A DNA stretch of 64,000 nucleotides from the human T2T-CHM13v2.0 reference genome, Homo sapiens: NCBI RefSeq assembly GCF_009914755.1, contig NC_060928.1. One strand, written 5' to 3'. The position numbers and the translations under genes were made by a program. Shown one piece after another: positions 1 to 13,524 of this stretch (position 1 is its first letter; each line of letters opens with the position of its first letter). Under the pieces are notes generated by a model that searched no databases, was not told where the DNA came from, and saw only the letters and a list, made by a program, of their open reading frames with translations.

Positions 1-1552
1 ATTGTTATAAAAACTATACCTCTAACCCTTGCAAACTATGTATACGTGCATGTGTGTATACTGTGTTTTAAATCTCCCTCTGAACAGTTCTGTCAAAAAT
101 CACTTGCTTCCTTTGTGAAACAATAAAGCTTGCAATTTATTTCAGAGCAGTTTTAGACAAATGATATTGCTGACTTTTTATAGTGACACTTTAGAGAAAA
201 TAGTTTATAAAATAGTTTTGAGTATATATTGGGCCTTTTTTTGGTGAGTGTATCAATTCTTGTAGAAGAAGATACAACTCTTGTCCTGATCTAACTTTGT
301 AGATGCACTGCCAACTTAACTGTATAGAAATTGTATTAACAAATTCTATCTCTTCGCAGAAGAATCACTGCCATTTCTAAAACAAATTTAGAATATTTCC
401 AGAAGTATCATCCTAATAACCCCACGTAATAATAAAATAATAATCCCAGGTAATCATTTTTTACAGTGTTCAAAAATCATTTTTACTACTTGTAGGTGTT
501 TTCTTGTAAAAAGAAAAAAATTTTTAAGGTGATTTTTACCCTTGAATTTTGGAGCTAATAGCCATCTGAGTTTTCTAATTGCAAAGTGACAAGTCTATTC
601 AATATCTGTAAATAGAAATTAATATTTTCAGGAAAGCAACCCTGATTTTTTTATTAAAGCATCTTTTATCATTTACAGTTAATTTCAGCTATAAAAGTGT
701 GACCCCAATGAACTATAGCAGTTCCAAAATAATTGTTGTAGGTGGTACTTTAGAGAGAAAGAGAGAAGGAAAAAGAATACTACTTCTTATTAGGAATACC
801 TTATTAGAATTTTTTGTTGAATCGCTTTTCAATCACATAAAATAAGCTGCACATATAATTGTAGTCATAGTTGAGGAGTTAGACATAAATGGAAGATTCT
901 ACATTTCACAAACATAAAGCTATTCTTTAAAATCTATTTCAATACAAAGACTTTGGATATAATACTTGTGGTTCCTAGTAGTTAATTCTTTTCATACTTT
1001 GAATAGAATATTATCTAACTTTCATTTTTTAAAGAAAATCTATGATAGGTTTAAGAAGATTGCTTTTGTATATTTCCTTTTCTACGCATTTCTAGGTATG
1101 TGTCAAAATATCCATATTTAGTAAACATTGTTCATATTTTAAAAATTTTTAAATTTCAGTTTGCTAAATTAAAGACAGAAAATGTTCTTCTACTTTTGCT
1201 CTAGGTACTTGCTTACTGATAACAATAGCCAAGACTAATATTAACATTTAAGATTTTCTTTAATAATTTCTTAGGAAGGTTCTTACAACCTTACATTGGC
1301 TCTTAACAATGCCTGATCTGCCTAGATTTTTGTGGTCAGCTCACTTAGTCTTCACGGTGCCTGTTTCTGACCTTCACTCTCTTCAGTCCCTTCTCTTCAG
1401 TCTTAGCAAAATACTTAACCTCCTGATACTTAGAGAAAACAGAAGTCATCATTAGAAATTCATTCAAATTCTTCCTGCCAAACTTGTAAACTTAATTGCA
1501 TCAGTACCTGGTCCTTTCCTCAACTACTTTTACTTAAATGGAAGAAATGTCA

Positions 1553-1883
<331 letters not shown>

Positions 1884-2436
1884 TTAACCTCATTGACTAT
1901 TCCTTTATTGACATATTCCTTTGCTTTTGTGACACAGTGCTCTTTCTGGCATTCTTCATTTGTGGAGGGTCTTCTTTGTCTTATCAGTTAGGATTCTTGA
2001 GGGTCTGTCTCTTCTTCATACATTCCTTAGCAAATATTACAAACTCCCAAAGCCTCAGTTACCAGTTACCTCAAATCTATATGCCTTCTTCTCAGATCTC
2101 TCTTTTCTAAACTTTAAATGCAGCTGCTTAGTGAACCTAAGCACTCGTGTATCTCACAAGCACCTCAAATTCAAGATGTCAACACTCTTCCTAAATTCCT
2201 TTTTCAGTACCACTGTCCATCAAGGAACCGTAGCCAGAAACCTGGTGTCATCCCTAGCTCCTGAATATCATATTGTATTACTCGATAATTATACTACTCA
2301 ATAATTCCTTCTTGATTTAACTCCTAAACATGTTTCACTACCACTCTCATTTCAAAATACCATCATTTCTTGCCTGGATTAAAAAAAAACAAAACCTTCT
2401 ACCTTATCTTTCTGACTTCAGCCTTGTTCCCTATAA

Positions 2437-2699
<263 letters not shown>

Positions 2700-2729
2700 T
2701 ACCCTGCTTTTTTAAACACTGAAATCTGG

Positions 2730-5370
2730 TGATATGGTTTGGCTGTGTCCCCACCCAAATCTTGAATTGTACTTATAATTCCCATGTGTCATGGGAGGGA
2801 CTAGGTGGAGATAATTAAATCATGGGAGCAGTTTCTCCCATCCTGTTCTCATGATAGTGAGTGAGTTCTCACGAGATCTGATGGTTTGGTTTTATAAGGG
2901 GTTTCCCCCTTTACTGGGCACTCATTCTCTCCCCTGCTGCCCTGTGAAGAGGTGCCTTCTGCTATGATTGTAAATTTCCTGAGGCCTCCTCAGCCATGTG
3001 GAACCGTGAGTCAATTAAACCTCTTTCCTTTATAAATTATCCAGTCTTGGGTATTTCTTCATAACAGCATGAGAATGGACTCATATAGTAAATTGGTACT
3101 GCAGAGAGTGGGGTGCTGCTATAGATATCTGAAAATGTGGAAGCGACTTTGGAACTAGTTAACAGGCAGAAGTTGGAATAGTTTGGAGGGCTCAGAAGAA
3201 GACAGGAAAATGTGGGAAAGTTTGGAACTTCCTAGAGACTTGTTGAATGGCGTTGACCAAAATGTTGATAGTGATATGGACAATGAAGTCCAGGCTGAGA
3301 TGGTCTCAGATGGAGATGAGGAACTTGTTGGGAACTGGAATAAAGGGGATTCTTGTTATGCTTTAGCAAAGAGACTGGCAGCATTTTGTCCCTGCCCTAG
3401 AGATCTGTGTAACTTTCGTCAGTCGAGAAAAATGACAAGACAAGTCTCAATTATTTTAGGAGGTTTGTTTGCCAAAGTTAAGGATGTGCATCCTGGAAAC
3501 AGGTCTATGCCTTCTCCAAAGATGATTTTGAGGGCTCCAAATTTAAAGGGGAAAGAGCGAGGTATTGAGAAGTACACAATTTTTATGTAAGAGGTGGGCA
3601 GGGAAAAATAGTTATTCATGCCTTTGCCTGGCTCAGCGAAACTGCTTTTTTTTTTTTCAACCTCAGATGACATAGACAAATGGAGTGAGGAAAAATGTGG
3701 AGAATCTGCATTTTTATATGAGATAACATAGAAAAAAATGGGACAGGGAAACAATCAGATATGCATTTGTCTGGTGGGCAGGGAGGTGACTGCACCTGTA
3801 AAAATAAGCTATCAGCTTACATTGTGGTAGTGAAATTTTAACAGAAACACCTTACAGTAAAGATCTTTGAGCTCACTAGGAATTTCCTTGTGGGTAAAAT
3901 ATGGGGGAGGTATGTAGCTTTTCGTCCTATAATCATCTTTTTTAGGAAACAAAAGGGGAGGCAGTTTTGCATGACCCAGTCCCTAGCTTGACTTTTCCCT
4001 TTAGCTTAGTGATTTGGGGACCCCAAGATTTATTTTCATTTCACACTTTGCACTTGAGAGAGTTAATTTAGGGTAAGTATCTGGTGGAAGAAATTTCTAA
4101 GCAGCAAAGCATTGAAGAGGTGACAGAGCATAAAAGTTTGGAAAATTTGCAGCCTGACAATGTGGTAGAAAAGAAACACCCATTTTCTGGGTAGAAATTC
4201 AAGCTGGCTGCAGAAATTTGCATAAGTAATGAGGAGCCAAATGCTAATTGCCAAGACCATGGGGAAAATGCCTCCAGGGCATGTCAGAGACCTTGACAGC
4301 AGCCCCTCCCATCACAGGCTCAGAGGCTTAGGAGGGAAAAATGGTTTCCTGAGCCAAGCCCCGGGCCCCCCTGCTCTGTGCAGCCTCAGGACATGGTGCC
4401 CTGTGTCCCATGCTTCAGCTCCAGCCATGACTAAAAGGGGCCAAGATACAGGTCAGGCCACTGCTTCAGAGGGTGCAAGCTCCAAGACTTGGCAGCTTCC
4501 ATGTGGTGGTGGTCTAGCAGGTACACAGAAGTCAAGAATTGGGGTTTGGGAACCTCCATCTGAATTTCAAAGGATATATGAAAATGCCTGGATATCCAGG
4601 CAGAAGTGTGCTGCAGGGATGGAGCCCTCATGGAGAACCTCTGGTAGGGCAGTACAGAAGGGAAATGTGGGTTGGAGCCCCCACACAGAGTCCCCACTGG
4701 GGCACTGCCTACTGGAGCTGTGAGAAGAGAGCCACCATCCTCCAGACCCCAGAATGGTAGATTCACTAACAGCTTGCACTGTGTGCCTGGAAAAGCTGCA
4801 GACACCCAATGCCAGCCTTTGAAAGCAGCTGTGAGTGGGGCTGTACTCGGTAAAGCCACAGGGGCAGAGCTGGCCAAGGCCATGGGAGTCTACCTCTTGC
4901 ATCAGCGTAGTTAATGCTGGAATGAGTTGAAACTTTGGAGGACTGTTGGAAGGGCATGATTGTGTTTTTAATTGTGAGGACACGAGATTTGGGAGGGGCC
5001 AGGGTAGAATGATATCATTTGGTTGTGTCCCCATCCAAATCTCATCTTGAATTATAGTTCTCATAATCCCCACATGTCATGGATGGGACCAGGTGGACAT
5101 AATTGAATCATGGGTGTGGTTTCCTCCATTTTGTTCTCGTGATAGTGAGTTAGTTCTCCTGAGATCTGATGGTTTTATAAGGGGCTTCCCCCTTTGCTGG
5201 GCACTCATTCTCTCCCCTGTGGCCCTGTGAAGAGGTGCCTTCCACCATGATTGTAAGTTTTCTGAGGCTTCCACGGCCATGTGGAAGTGTGAACCAATTA
5301 AACCTCTTTCCTTTACAAATTACCCAGTCTTAGGTATTTCTTCATAGCAGCATGATAATGGACTAATACA
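2730..5370 (+). mobile_element. THE1 (ERVL-MaLR) provirus: 5' LTR 2730-3087, internal region, 3' LTR 5010-5370
   Basis: 5' LTR starts TGATATGGTTTGGCTGTGTCCCCAC and the 3' LTR starts with a close variant; ends GGACTCATATA / GGACTAATACA. Internal region starts GTAAATTGGTAC. 5-bp TSD TCTGG/TCTGA. Confidence 0.93.
3417..4045 (-). mobile_element. MER4-group (ERV1) solo LTR nested in the THE1 internal region
   Basis: Reverse strand begins TGTGAAATGAAAATAAATCTTGGGGTCCCCAAATCACTAAGCTAAAGGGAAAAGTCAAGCT. 4-bp TSD CTTT; THE1-int resumes afterwards. Confidence 0.85.
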
Positions 5371-6373
5371 TCTGATATCTCAGCTCTTCTGGTTAAACAC
5401 TTTTAAAAATTCTGTATTTTAAACACCTTAACATACTTTCTCTTTACCCTATGTTTGTACATGTTCCATCTACTTTTAAAAAAAATCTTTTTTTCTGCCT
5501 TTTCCTTCCTCTCTACTCACTCCTTCTCATAGCACTGTACATTCTCAAGTCTTTTCTATCTTAGGAATAAAAGTAAATCTTAAACCTCATGTCTTTCCTA
5601 GCCATCTCTCTCTCCCTTTCCTTCCTTTCACAGCTACACCTGTGAAACAAAATTCTGTGCTAGACTTAATTTTATTAATTACTTGATTGTATTAATATGA
5701 GTTAAGTAATGCTGAGTTAATCACTTGATCTCATTAATTACTCAGTTGATTGTAGTCTGACATACACCCACCCCCACTACATAACTACAACTACCCTAAT
5801 TAAAGTCACCAAGGAATAGTGGACATATTTTAGTTCTTATACCTACAGTATTGATACCAGTGCCTATTTGATCCTTGAAATATTCTTGGTCTTAACTTTA
5901 GTTCACCCTGTTTTCTTAGCTCTTCTTTCTCTCGTTTTTCTTTATTTAGTCTCCATTTGGATTTCTCTGCTGGCTCTTAAGTGCATGTATTTCTCAGAAT
6001 TCCATTTTGATCTTATTCTATTCATTTTCCCTGAACTGTCTCATCCACAAGTCACCTATTCCCTAATGGCTTCAACTCTGTTTTCAATCCAAGAAAGATA
6101 ATCTAATAGAAAAATAGGTATATGTTATGAATGACAAATCATTGAAATGGAAATTCAAATGGCCAATAAATATATGAAAGATTCTTCAACTATATTGAGT
6201 TGGGAAAGTGCAAATTAATACAAAAATGAGATGTTTCTCATGCATGAGAATGTTTAAAAGAGGTGAGTACATAGATAAAATGTGCTCTCGTGTTGCTGGT
6301 GGGAATTTGAATTGATTTTTTTTCTGAGATTAGTCAGGCAATTTGTGGCCCAGTTTAAGATACATAGAGCCTT

Positions 6374-6748
<375 letters not shown>

Positions 6749-8059
6749 CTAAGGATATTTATTACAACATTATTTGTAGGGACAAACAACCTGAGTATCC
6801 ATCTATAGGGATATGATTAAACAAATTGTGACAAATCTATACCACAGCTTTAAAAATATTAAAATGTATGTAACTATTAAAAAGAATGAGTTAAATGTGT
6901 ATTGTTTAACAAGAAGGAAAACCATGATATGGCATTAGGTTAGAGAAGCTGAATAATGACTATGATATGATTCCATTTCATATTGAAAAACGACAACACA
7001 AACGCCCAACTATGATTACATAGTCATATAAGCATGGAGATAGGTATAAGCATGGAAGAATACAAATTACAAATAACACCACAAATACAATACCAAATAC
7101 AAATAATATTAATTATTTTGGGACAGTTGAATGGAAGGAAAAAGGATGTTTAACTTTTTCTTTATTTTACTCTAGATTGTTTCACTTGTTTTAATGGTCA
7201 TATATTAGTTTGTAATTTTAAACTTATTTTTAAATAGAGGCAAACCCCTAAACGTAGCTTTTGCATTACTCTACTTATGACAACTGGCAGGAATTGATAT
7301 TTGAATTAGGTGCTGTTTCTACCATTAAGGAGCCTGCATTCTAGCCAGAGAGATAGATTCGGTAGATACAATGGAATATAAATAAAATAGTAAAATAATT
7401 TTGCTTTAGTTAAAAAATGAAAACATCAATAAGGACCAATTAAGGCTTTTTAATTAAAATTTAAATGACTAAAAATAGCCAGTAAATGCCCTGATCATCA
7501 TTAGGCAAAGAGCACTTTGACTCAAGCCAAAGAACTATGTATTAAACATCTTTTGCAATGAAGAAATCATATTTCAGGAAACACAGAGTCAGATTTTATC
7601 CTGGCAAGGCAGCTACATGCAGTAAATATTCCTCCTTGTCTCAGACGACCCTATCCCACAACTCTTCTGTGAGGTCAGGAGGAGTCATACAGATCCGCTG
7701 TCCTAAATTGCCTTTGGGTTTGAGAGGAGGCTAGGGCTAAAGTGCCTGAGAGGTGAAAGGAGGGATTTGGAGCAATACACATGTCAGCTAAAGCAACGAG
7801 ACACTATTTGCATCTCTTGTTAGCATAACTATTACCCAGTTGATCCCTACCTTCATCCTTAATGCCCTGACCAACTATGAACCTGATGCTTAACTTGATT
7901 ACTGTCTCTAGTCCCTCCTCCCCCTTCTTCCTTTCCTCCCTTATTCTCTCCACTTTCCATTTTCCCTCTTTTCCACTTCTTATTCTCTATTACATTAGCC
8001 TAATCTCATCGTTGTGCAGTTAATCAGATTTTATAGTATTATGTGGCCATATTCTTGTA

Positions 8060-8166
8060 TTTATTTATTTATTTATTTTAGAGACTGGGTCTCAGTCTGT
8101 TGCCCAGGCTGGAGAGCAGTGGCTCAATCATAACTCACTGTAACCTCAAACTCCTGAGTTCAAGCA
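8060..8166 (-). mobile_element. Alu fragment (AluJ/FRAM-like right arm)
   Basis: (TTTA)n tail then GAGACTGGGTCTCAGTCTGTTGCCCAGGCTGGAG; flanks share CCATATTCT. Confidence 0.85.
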
Positions 8167-8339
8167 TATGGGACCATATTCTAATATTAAAAGCTGACTT
8201 TATATCCTATATGATTGCTTTTACTACCAGGAGTTCTTTGTTATGCTTAAACTTTTTATTTTGTAATAATTTAGATATTAGAAAGGCAGTATAAAGTAAT
8301 CCTTCTGAGTTTTTTGTATAGGTTGTGGGGCCAGGTTTC

Positions 8340-8540
8340 TTGAGGTTAAATGTTACTAGCTTTATGGCCTTGGATAGCAAGTTACTTTTCTCTCTTGGCT
8401 TCAGTTTCTCAAGCATAAATGGGAATAATAATCACTGACCTAATTCATTTTGTTGGTTTGGGATTAAATGAGTTAACTCTTGTAAAGTGGGTAAAATAGT
8501 GCCTGGCACCTGTAAGTACTTAATAAATACTGTATTTGCT
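8340..8540 (+). mobile_element. MIR SINE
   Basis: Core CTTCAGTTTCTCAAGCATAAATGGGAATAATAAT...GGATTAAATGAG...GTGCCTGGCAC. Confidence 0.7.
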
Positions 8541-8791
8541 ATTAAAGTTAAATTATAGTTAACTTAGCAAATATTGACGGAATACTCACCAGGTGCCAGA
8601 TGTTATCCTAAGTGATAGAAGTCAGTATATTTGTTGAACATCTACTATTAGTCAGGCATGAGGGTTATAGTAGTGCCTAACACTGAGTTCCTGCCCTTCT
8701 TAGTGTTTAGAATACTATTATTATTTGAGTTTAAGGCTGACTTTATAAATGTGATTGACCTTTAATTTTTTTGTTTTACTTTTAAATTTAG

Positions 8792-8866
8792 GATGTCTTG
8801 TATTATGAGCAGCTTAAGACCAATGTGATACAACATGACCTTTTGGTGGACAGTCTAATCTATAAA
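8792..8866 (+). CDS. TBC1D19: TBC1D19 coding exon (75 nt, phase 0-0): DVLYYEQLKTNVIQHDLLVDSLIYK
   Basis: T-rich tract + TTTAG|GAT acceptor and AAA|GTAAGT donor. Open frame continuous with the next four exons. Peptide recognised as TBC1D19. Confidence 0.92.
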
Positions 8867-9380
8867 GTAAGTAAAAGTCAGCTTAGTTTTTCCTTTTCAT
8901 TAATATAATTTAGAATTGAGATTCTTCAGTATGCAGAGCCTGTGCTATGTATGATATATATTAACCTTGAAAAATAATTTTAAGTGATTAGATTTATACA
9001 TATAAAGTTAAAGTTGGTGTTCAAAATTTGCAGTTTGCATTCTCTGTTATCTTCTTTCCCTTTGAAGCTGTCTTCATGATTCTTTCCTAGTCCTCCTATT
9101 TTTTGATTAAGATAAGCATTTCTTATATCTCTAAATTCAAGCTTTCTACACAAACCAAGTAAAAAGGCAACTGAAAAGCAAAACCGGATTATAATATTTT
9201 TATCTTATGATTCTTTAGGGCCCACTTGTTTATTTTCTTTATATTGAAGTCATTTTTAATTTTTAATTTCTTTTAGTTTCTAGACATATGGCTAAGTATA
9301 TCTCAGGTTTTAAGGTAGAGACACATTGAGTTTTTGCCTCCAAGCATCTGATAATCAAGTTGAGAGCTGAGTTAACGCTT

Positions 9381-9727
9381 TCATCACTGAGCCAAACAGG
9401 GTCCATTTTCCAGTACACAATAGAAAGCCAAGCACCAAAGCACTGGGTTTTTGTAGCTAGAAAGGTTTGATCGGACTGGATCCTGCCATGGGGTGATGCC
9501 AGGGCTTGATCTGATTGAATCCTGGATACTGCCATGTGGTGTCCACTTCTTAATTCAGACCCCACTCTTTAGTCCTGTCACATAGGTTCCACCTGTGGTT
9601 GCGTGCTTGGTTCATCTGGCCATGCTCAGGTTACGTGACCTTCAACCTGGAGGTCCATGGCAACTGAAAAACAGCTCATAACTGTGTTACATAGAAGTTG
9701 AACCAGATTGGTCTGGTGTAGCTAACA
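9381..9727 (-). mobile_element. ERVL-type solo LTR (MER54/MER73/MER74-like)
   Basis: Reverse strand starts TGTTAGCTACACCAGACCAATCTGGTTCAACTT, with an internal CATGGCAG-ATCCAG repeat. Subfamily uncertain. Confidence 0.55.
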
Positions 9728-10029
9728 CTTTATGTGTAATATAGGATATGAATAATTCTGAATTAATATTAGGCAGTTTAAAAGTCTTAGATTTAAAATT
9801 TAGATTTGAAATATAAGAGAGAAAGGCATATTATTATAGGTCTCAGAAATGGGAAAAAGAAGATTACATATTGAGGACCTGAAAATGTGTCTGAGTAGAA
9901 CATGGCCAGGGGTAATAATAACTATTACTAACAAATGACTGCTTACTGTGCCATATAGTATTCCAAACCCTTTACATAGATTACTATTTAGTGCATACAA
10001 CTACCTAAGAGTAGCAGATACCAACATTT

Positions 10030-10630
10030 AGGCTATGCATTATAAATGTATTGTTTTTCTGCGGAAAAACTTGCATTCTGTAAAACCACGCTTTGAAAAT
10101 AACAGAGCTTATGGGCAAAACAGGGTTGGGGTAGACCCACTCAAAATTTTTGCAACTTTGTAATCAGAGTACTAACAAAAGCAATCATTGGTGGCCTGGG
10201 AGAAGAATCAGACAGCTCAGGCAGGCTACTCTGGTAGGAGCTATTAAAAATGTATAAAAATAATAAAACAGAAATGCTAAAATAATGCAAGTGGAAGTGG
10301 TGCTCTGGGCCACTGGGGCTACTGTTAAGGTGTGCACAAGAGAACAGCAGTGAAGAAATGTGCTGGGCTGGGAGCGTGCCTCTCTCAAGAGGAAGCCCCA
10401 GTGCCAATGCCTGTTTTTAATGTTCTTAAAAAGCAACTGTAAAGTCTCATGCCTGTGCAGCAGCAGCTGAGCTGAAGACATTTTTTTTCCTGCTGTTGGT
10501 TATAATTCTCCTCCCTCTGCTCCAGCTCCTCTTGCTTAAGAAAAATTGCATCTGAACCAATACAATTTCCATGTTATACTAACATCATTTCCTTACTTAC
10601 CAGCAACATAGTGACACATGTGTGATAACA
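10030..10630. mobile_element. Probable old DNA transposon (Tigger-like) splitting a MIR (approx. 9925-10025 and 10640-10760)
   Basis: MIR-like halves flank a segment with degenerate Tigger-like ends. Resemblance only. Confidence 0.35.
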
Positions 10631-11356
10631 AAGCAGAAAGTAGTTATGGAAATTGAGATAAAGAAAGAAATTTGTTTAAATTAACATGTGAAGTAGTGAA
10701 GCCAAGATTTAGACCTAGCCAATCTGACTTCAGAACTGTATTCTTAACCACTAAGCTCTACAGTAAGTGGAAATGAGAGTTTAGAGGATACAGTCCTTTG
10801 ATGGAAAGTCTTGTATTTCACAGAGGTTTTTCACTAGATTTGGATCACAGGTACTACTATTAAGTTTGAGGTCAAATTATTATGCTCAGTGGATTATTTT
10901 ATCAAAAATGTAAGAGATCTTTTGGCCTGTAAGACCATTAGCCTCTTTTCTAGTCAAATGAGAGGAAACTCACACGTGAAAAAGCTAAAAAAAAGTAAGG
11001 AGTGCTAGGATGAGAGTTCTCTTTGTCACCAAAACAAATTTCAGTTTGAGTCAGTAAAGAAAATTTGTTCCAAGAAGGAAGTAATTTGTGCCTGAGGAAT
11101 TGGATGAAAGTTTTAATGGCATCTAAGCTGTGCGCAACGTGAATGTTTTTAGGAAGATATCTGTCTCTGGTTATTTTTGACTTAGTTGGGCTCTGCCAAT
11201 CACTCCAAACATTATTGAAGTCAGCCGTTAAGGGAATGATCATTTTAAAAAAAAAATCCCTGTTATTACAGCTCCCTATAGCAAAAACTTATTTTAAATT
11301 TAACTGAAAACAAGGTGGAATTCTTTTAAAGGTTAAAGGAATGAATGGAACAAGGC

Positions 11357-12052
11357 AATGTTACAAAATCCATGGTCAAATAGCTCAAACAGTCTACAAA
11401 ATTCAACCAGGCTGTTGAGCAAAGTAGCAATCGGGGAGGATGGAAAGTCATAGATGTTCTGAGCCAATGATGTTGTGAGTACAGAACATCATTGAACCCT
11501 CCCTAAGCTAATTTATTAAATGGTTTTGTGTTTTGTTTTTTTTTTTAACAAACTTGCCTTGTATCCATACTTTCTATAGTTTTCAACCATTTACTATAAT
11601 CTGATAATTTATACTAGTGTTTTTCAACCTTTCTTCATTATCACGCTCCTGGAGAGAAAGATTAATTAACTTCTCTCTAATAAGAAAAAGTAAATAACAA
11701 AAAATAAGATTTGGATGGGTAGGGATGAGCTCTGGTCGGCCACATACCATTGTAATATGTAAAATTTGTTGACCTCCAGGAACCAGTTTTCATGCCCACA
11801 GAGGCAATAGTATCCCCCTGTTGAGAATGCATGATCTCTACCTTTGTCTGGGTTGTCTTCTGACATAAAAGGCTGGACTGTTTCTTTCTCCTTAATCTGT
11901 GTCATTATGGTTTTTTCAGAGTTAGCACACATTCGCTAACCCCAGAGTCATCTATGACTCTTTCCATCCTCCCCTGATTGCTACTTTGCTCAACAGCCTG
12001 GTTGAATTTTATAGACTGTTAGAGCTATTTGACCATGGATTTTTGTAACATT
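11357..12052. repeat. Inverted repeat, arms 11357-11461 and 11943-12052
   Basis: Manual alignment: 3 substitutions and 4 small indels over ~105 nt, including a 35-nt perfect stretch. Confidence 0.95.
11615..11833. mobile_element. hAT-Charlie-type MITE relic
   Basis: Ends TAGTGTTTTTCAACC ... GTTGAGAATGCATG resemble hAT-Charlie TIRs. Confidence 0.55.
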
Positions 12053-13461
12053 TCTTTGTGATTTTCCCATGTTTTTACTATCTTGCCAGTGAGATTGTAG
12101 ACTGCTCGATGGTAAACATTTATTATTTGTCTTCTTTTTTGTTTGTTTGTTTGTTTTTTGAAGTTTTGATTTTTGTATCCTTCATCCCAACCAATCAATC
12201 AGTACTTGTTGAATTGATTATATATTGGGTCTAAAAGCATGGTATAGTTACATCTGGAGATTTTGGATACATGTAAGGTTTGGGATCTATATTTACTTAT
12301 AAATAGATGAACACTATTATAAGTAAAAGGGCTTTTGGTGAATTTTTTTAAAAAAGCTTTCTGGATGTTTACTCTTTATCTGATACTGTGCTAGGCATTT
12401 ACCCATCCTTTCTGAAGGAGGCAGTGGTATCCTCATTTATGGATATGGAGATCTAGCCTCAGAGTTACTGACCAAAGTCATACAGCTAAAAGTAGTGGAA
12501 CTGGATTTCAAATCTTAGTTAAATCTGTTGGAATTTTATGTTCTTTACACTGAAGCACACAAGCAGCAGTTTCCAACTCTGGACATAATATTCAGAGGCA
12601 ATCCTGGGGGAAACACAAATGCTTTAGTTCATTTTTCTAGACTTTTGTTCATTTGTTTGCTTGTTATTGGAGGGGTACCTATATACTTATGAATTATATC
12701 ACAGGAAAATATAATTAATTTCTATTAATAATTTTATCATATTTATTTTTACTCACTCATCAAATATGTATTGGGTATTTAGGTGCTAAGCACTGTGGTG
12801 GTACTACGTATACAAAAAACATTTAAGATGTTGGAGCTCAAAGTGGCTAAAGTGTCATAGGGAGGCTCATAGAAATCATTAAGGTAGACTCAAGTCAGAA
12901 AGTGAGAATAGGAATATATTTAAAGAAGGAAACTAATATGCTATCCAGGGGAAGTCAGTGAACTGGCCCTTAAACTCATAATACAGAAAATCAACATTCT
13001 TGCTCTCTCAGTAACAAGTGGTGACTTGCAAGTGAATAATCACAAAGGCATGGAAGATATTTGGTCTTTTGTGGGAATGGCAAGAATTTGGACTTGAACA
13101 GTGAGATTGGAACAGTAATTTGGGGCCAGATCGTTATGGTTGCTTCTGGATGTTATGATTGCATCCGCTTTTCTTTTTTAGCTTTAAGCCATCTAAATAT
13201 TAGATTAAAAGGAGATAAAATTGAAATAAATATTAAAGAATTACTAATGGGACCTTAAAAAGTATGAGGAATTCGAGTTCAAATAATGTGTCACATATAT
13301 TAGTTCAGTAAATACATAGCAATGATAAAATTTAATTGAGAAGTTTATAATCATAAAGTAATAAATTTATTGCAGTAGTGCTTCTAAATACATGTGTATG
13401 CTTTAGTACTACAGACAGATCTGTTTGAGTTCTTTTCAGTACTGTCTACTTTTAATTATAG

Positions 13462-13524
13462 GATGTGAAGTTGACAGCAAGCAATGATGATTATTATTTT
13501 GTATTTGAAGATTATTTATATCAG
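13462..13524 (+). CDS. TBC1D19: TBC1D19 coding exon (63 nt, phase 0-0): DVKLTASNDDYYFVFEDYLYQ
   Basis: TATAG|GAT acceptor, CAG|GTAAGT donor, in frame with neighbouring exons. Confidence 0.92.

Noticed and set aside
3183-5073. Several 110-168 aa ORFs
   Set aside because: All lie inside THE1-int or the nested LTR; fragmented remnants and antisense shadows.
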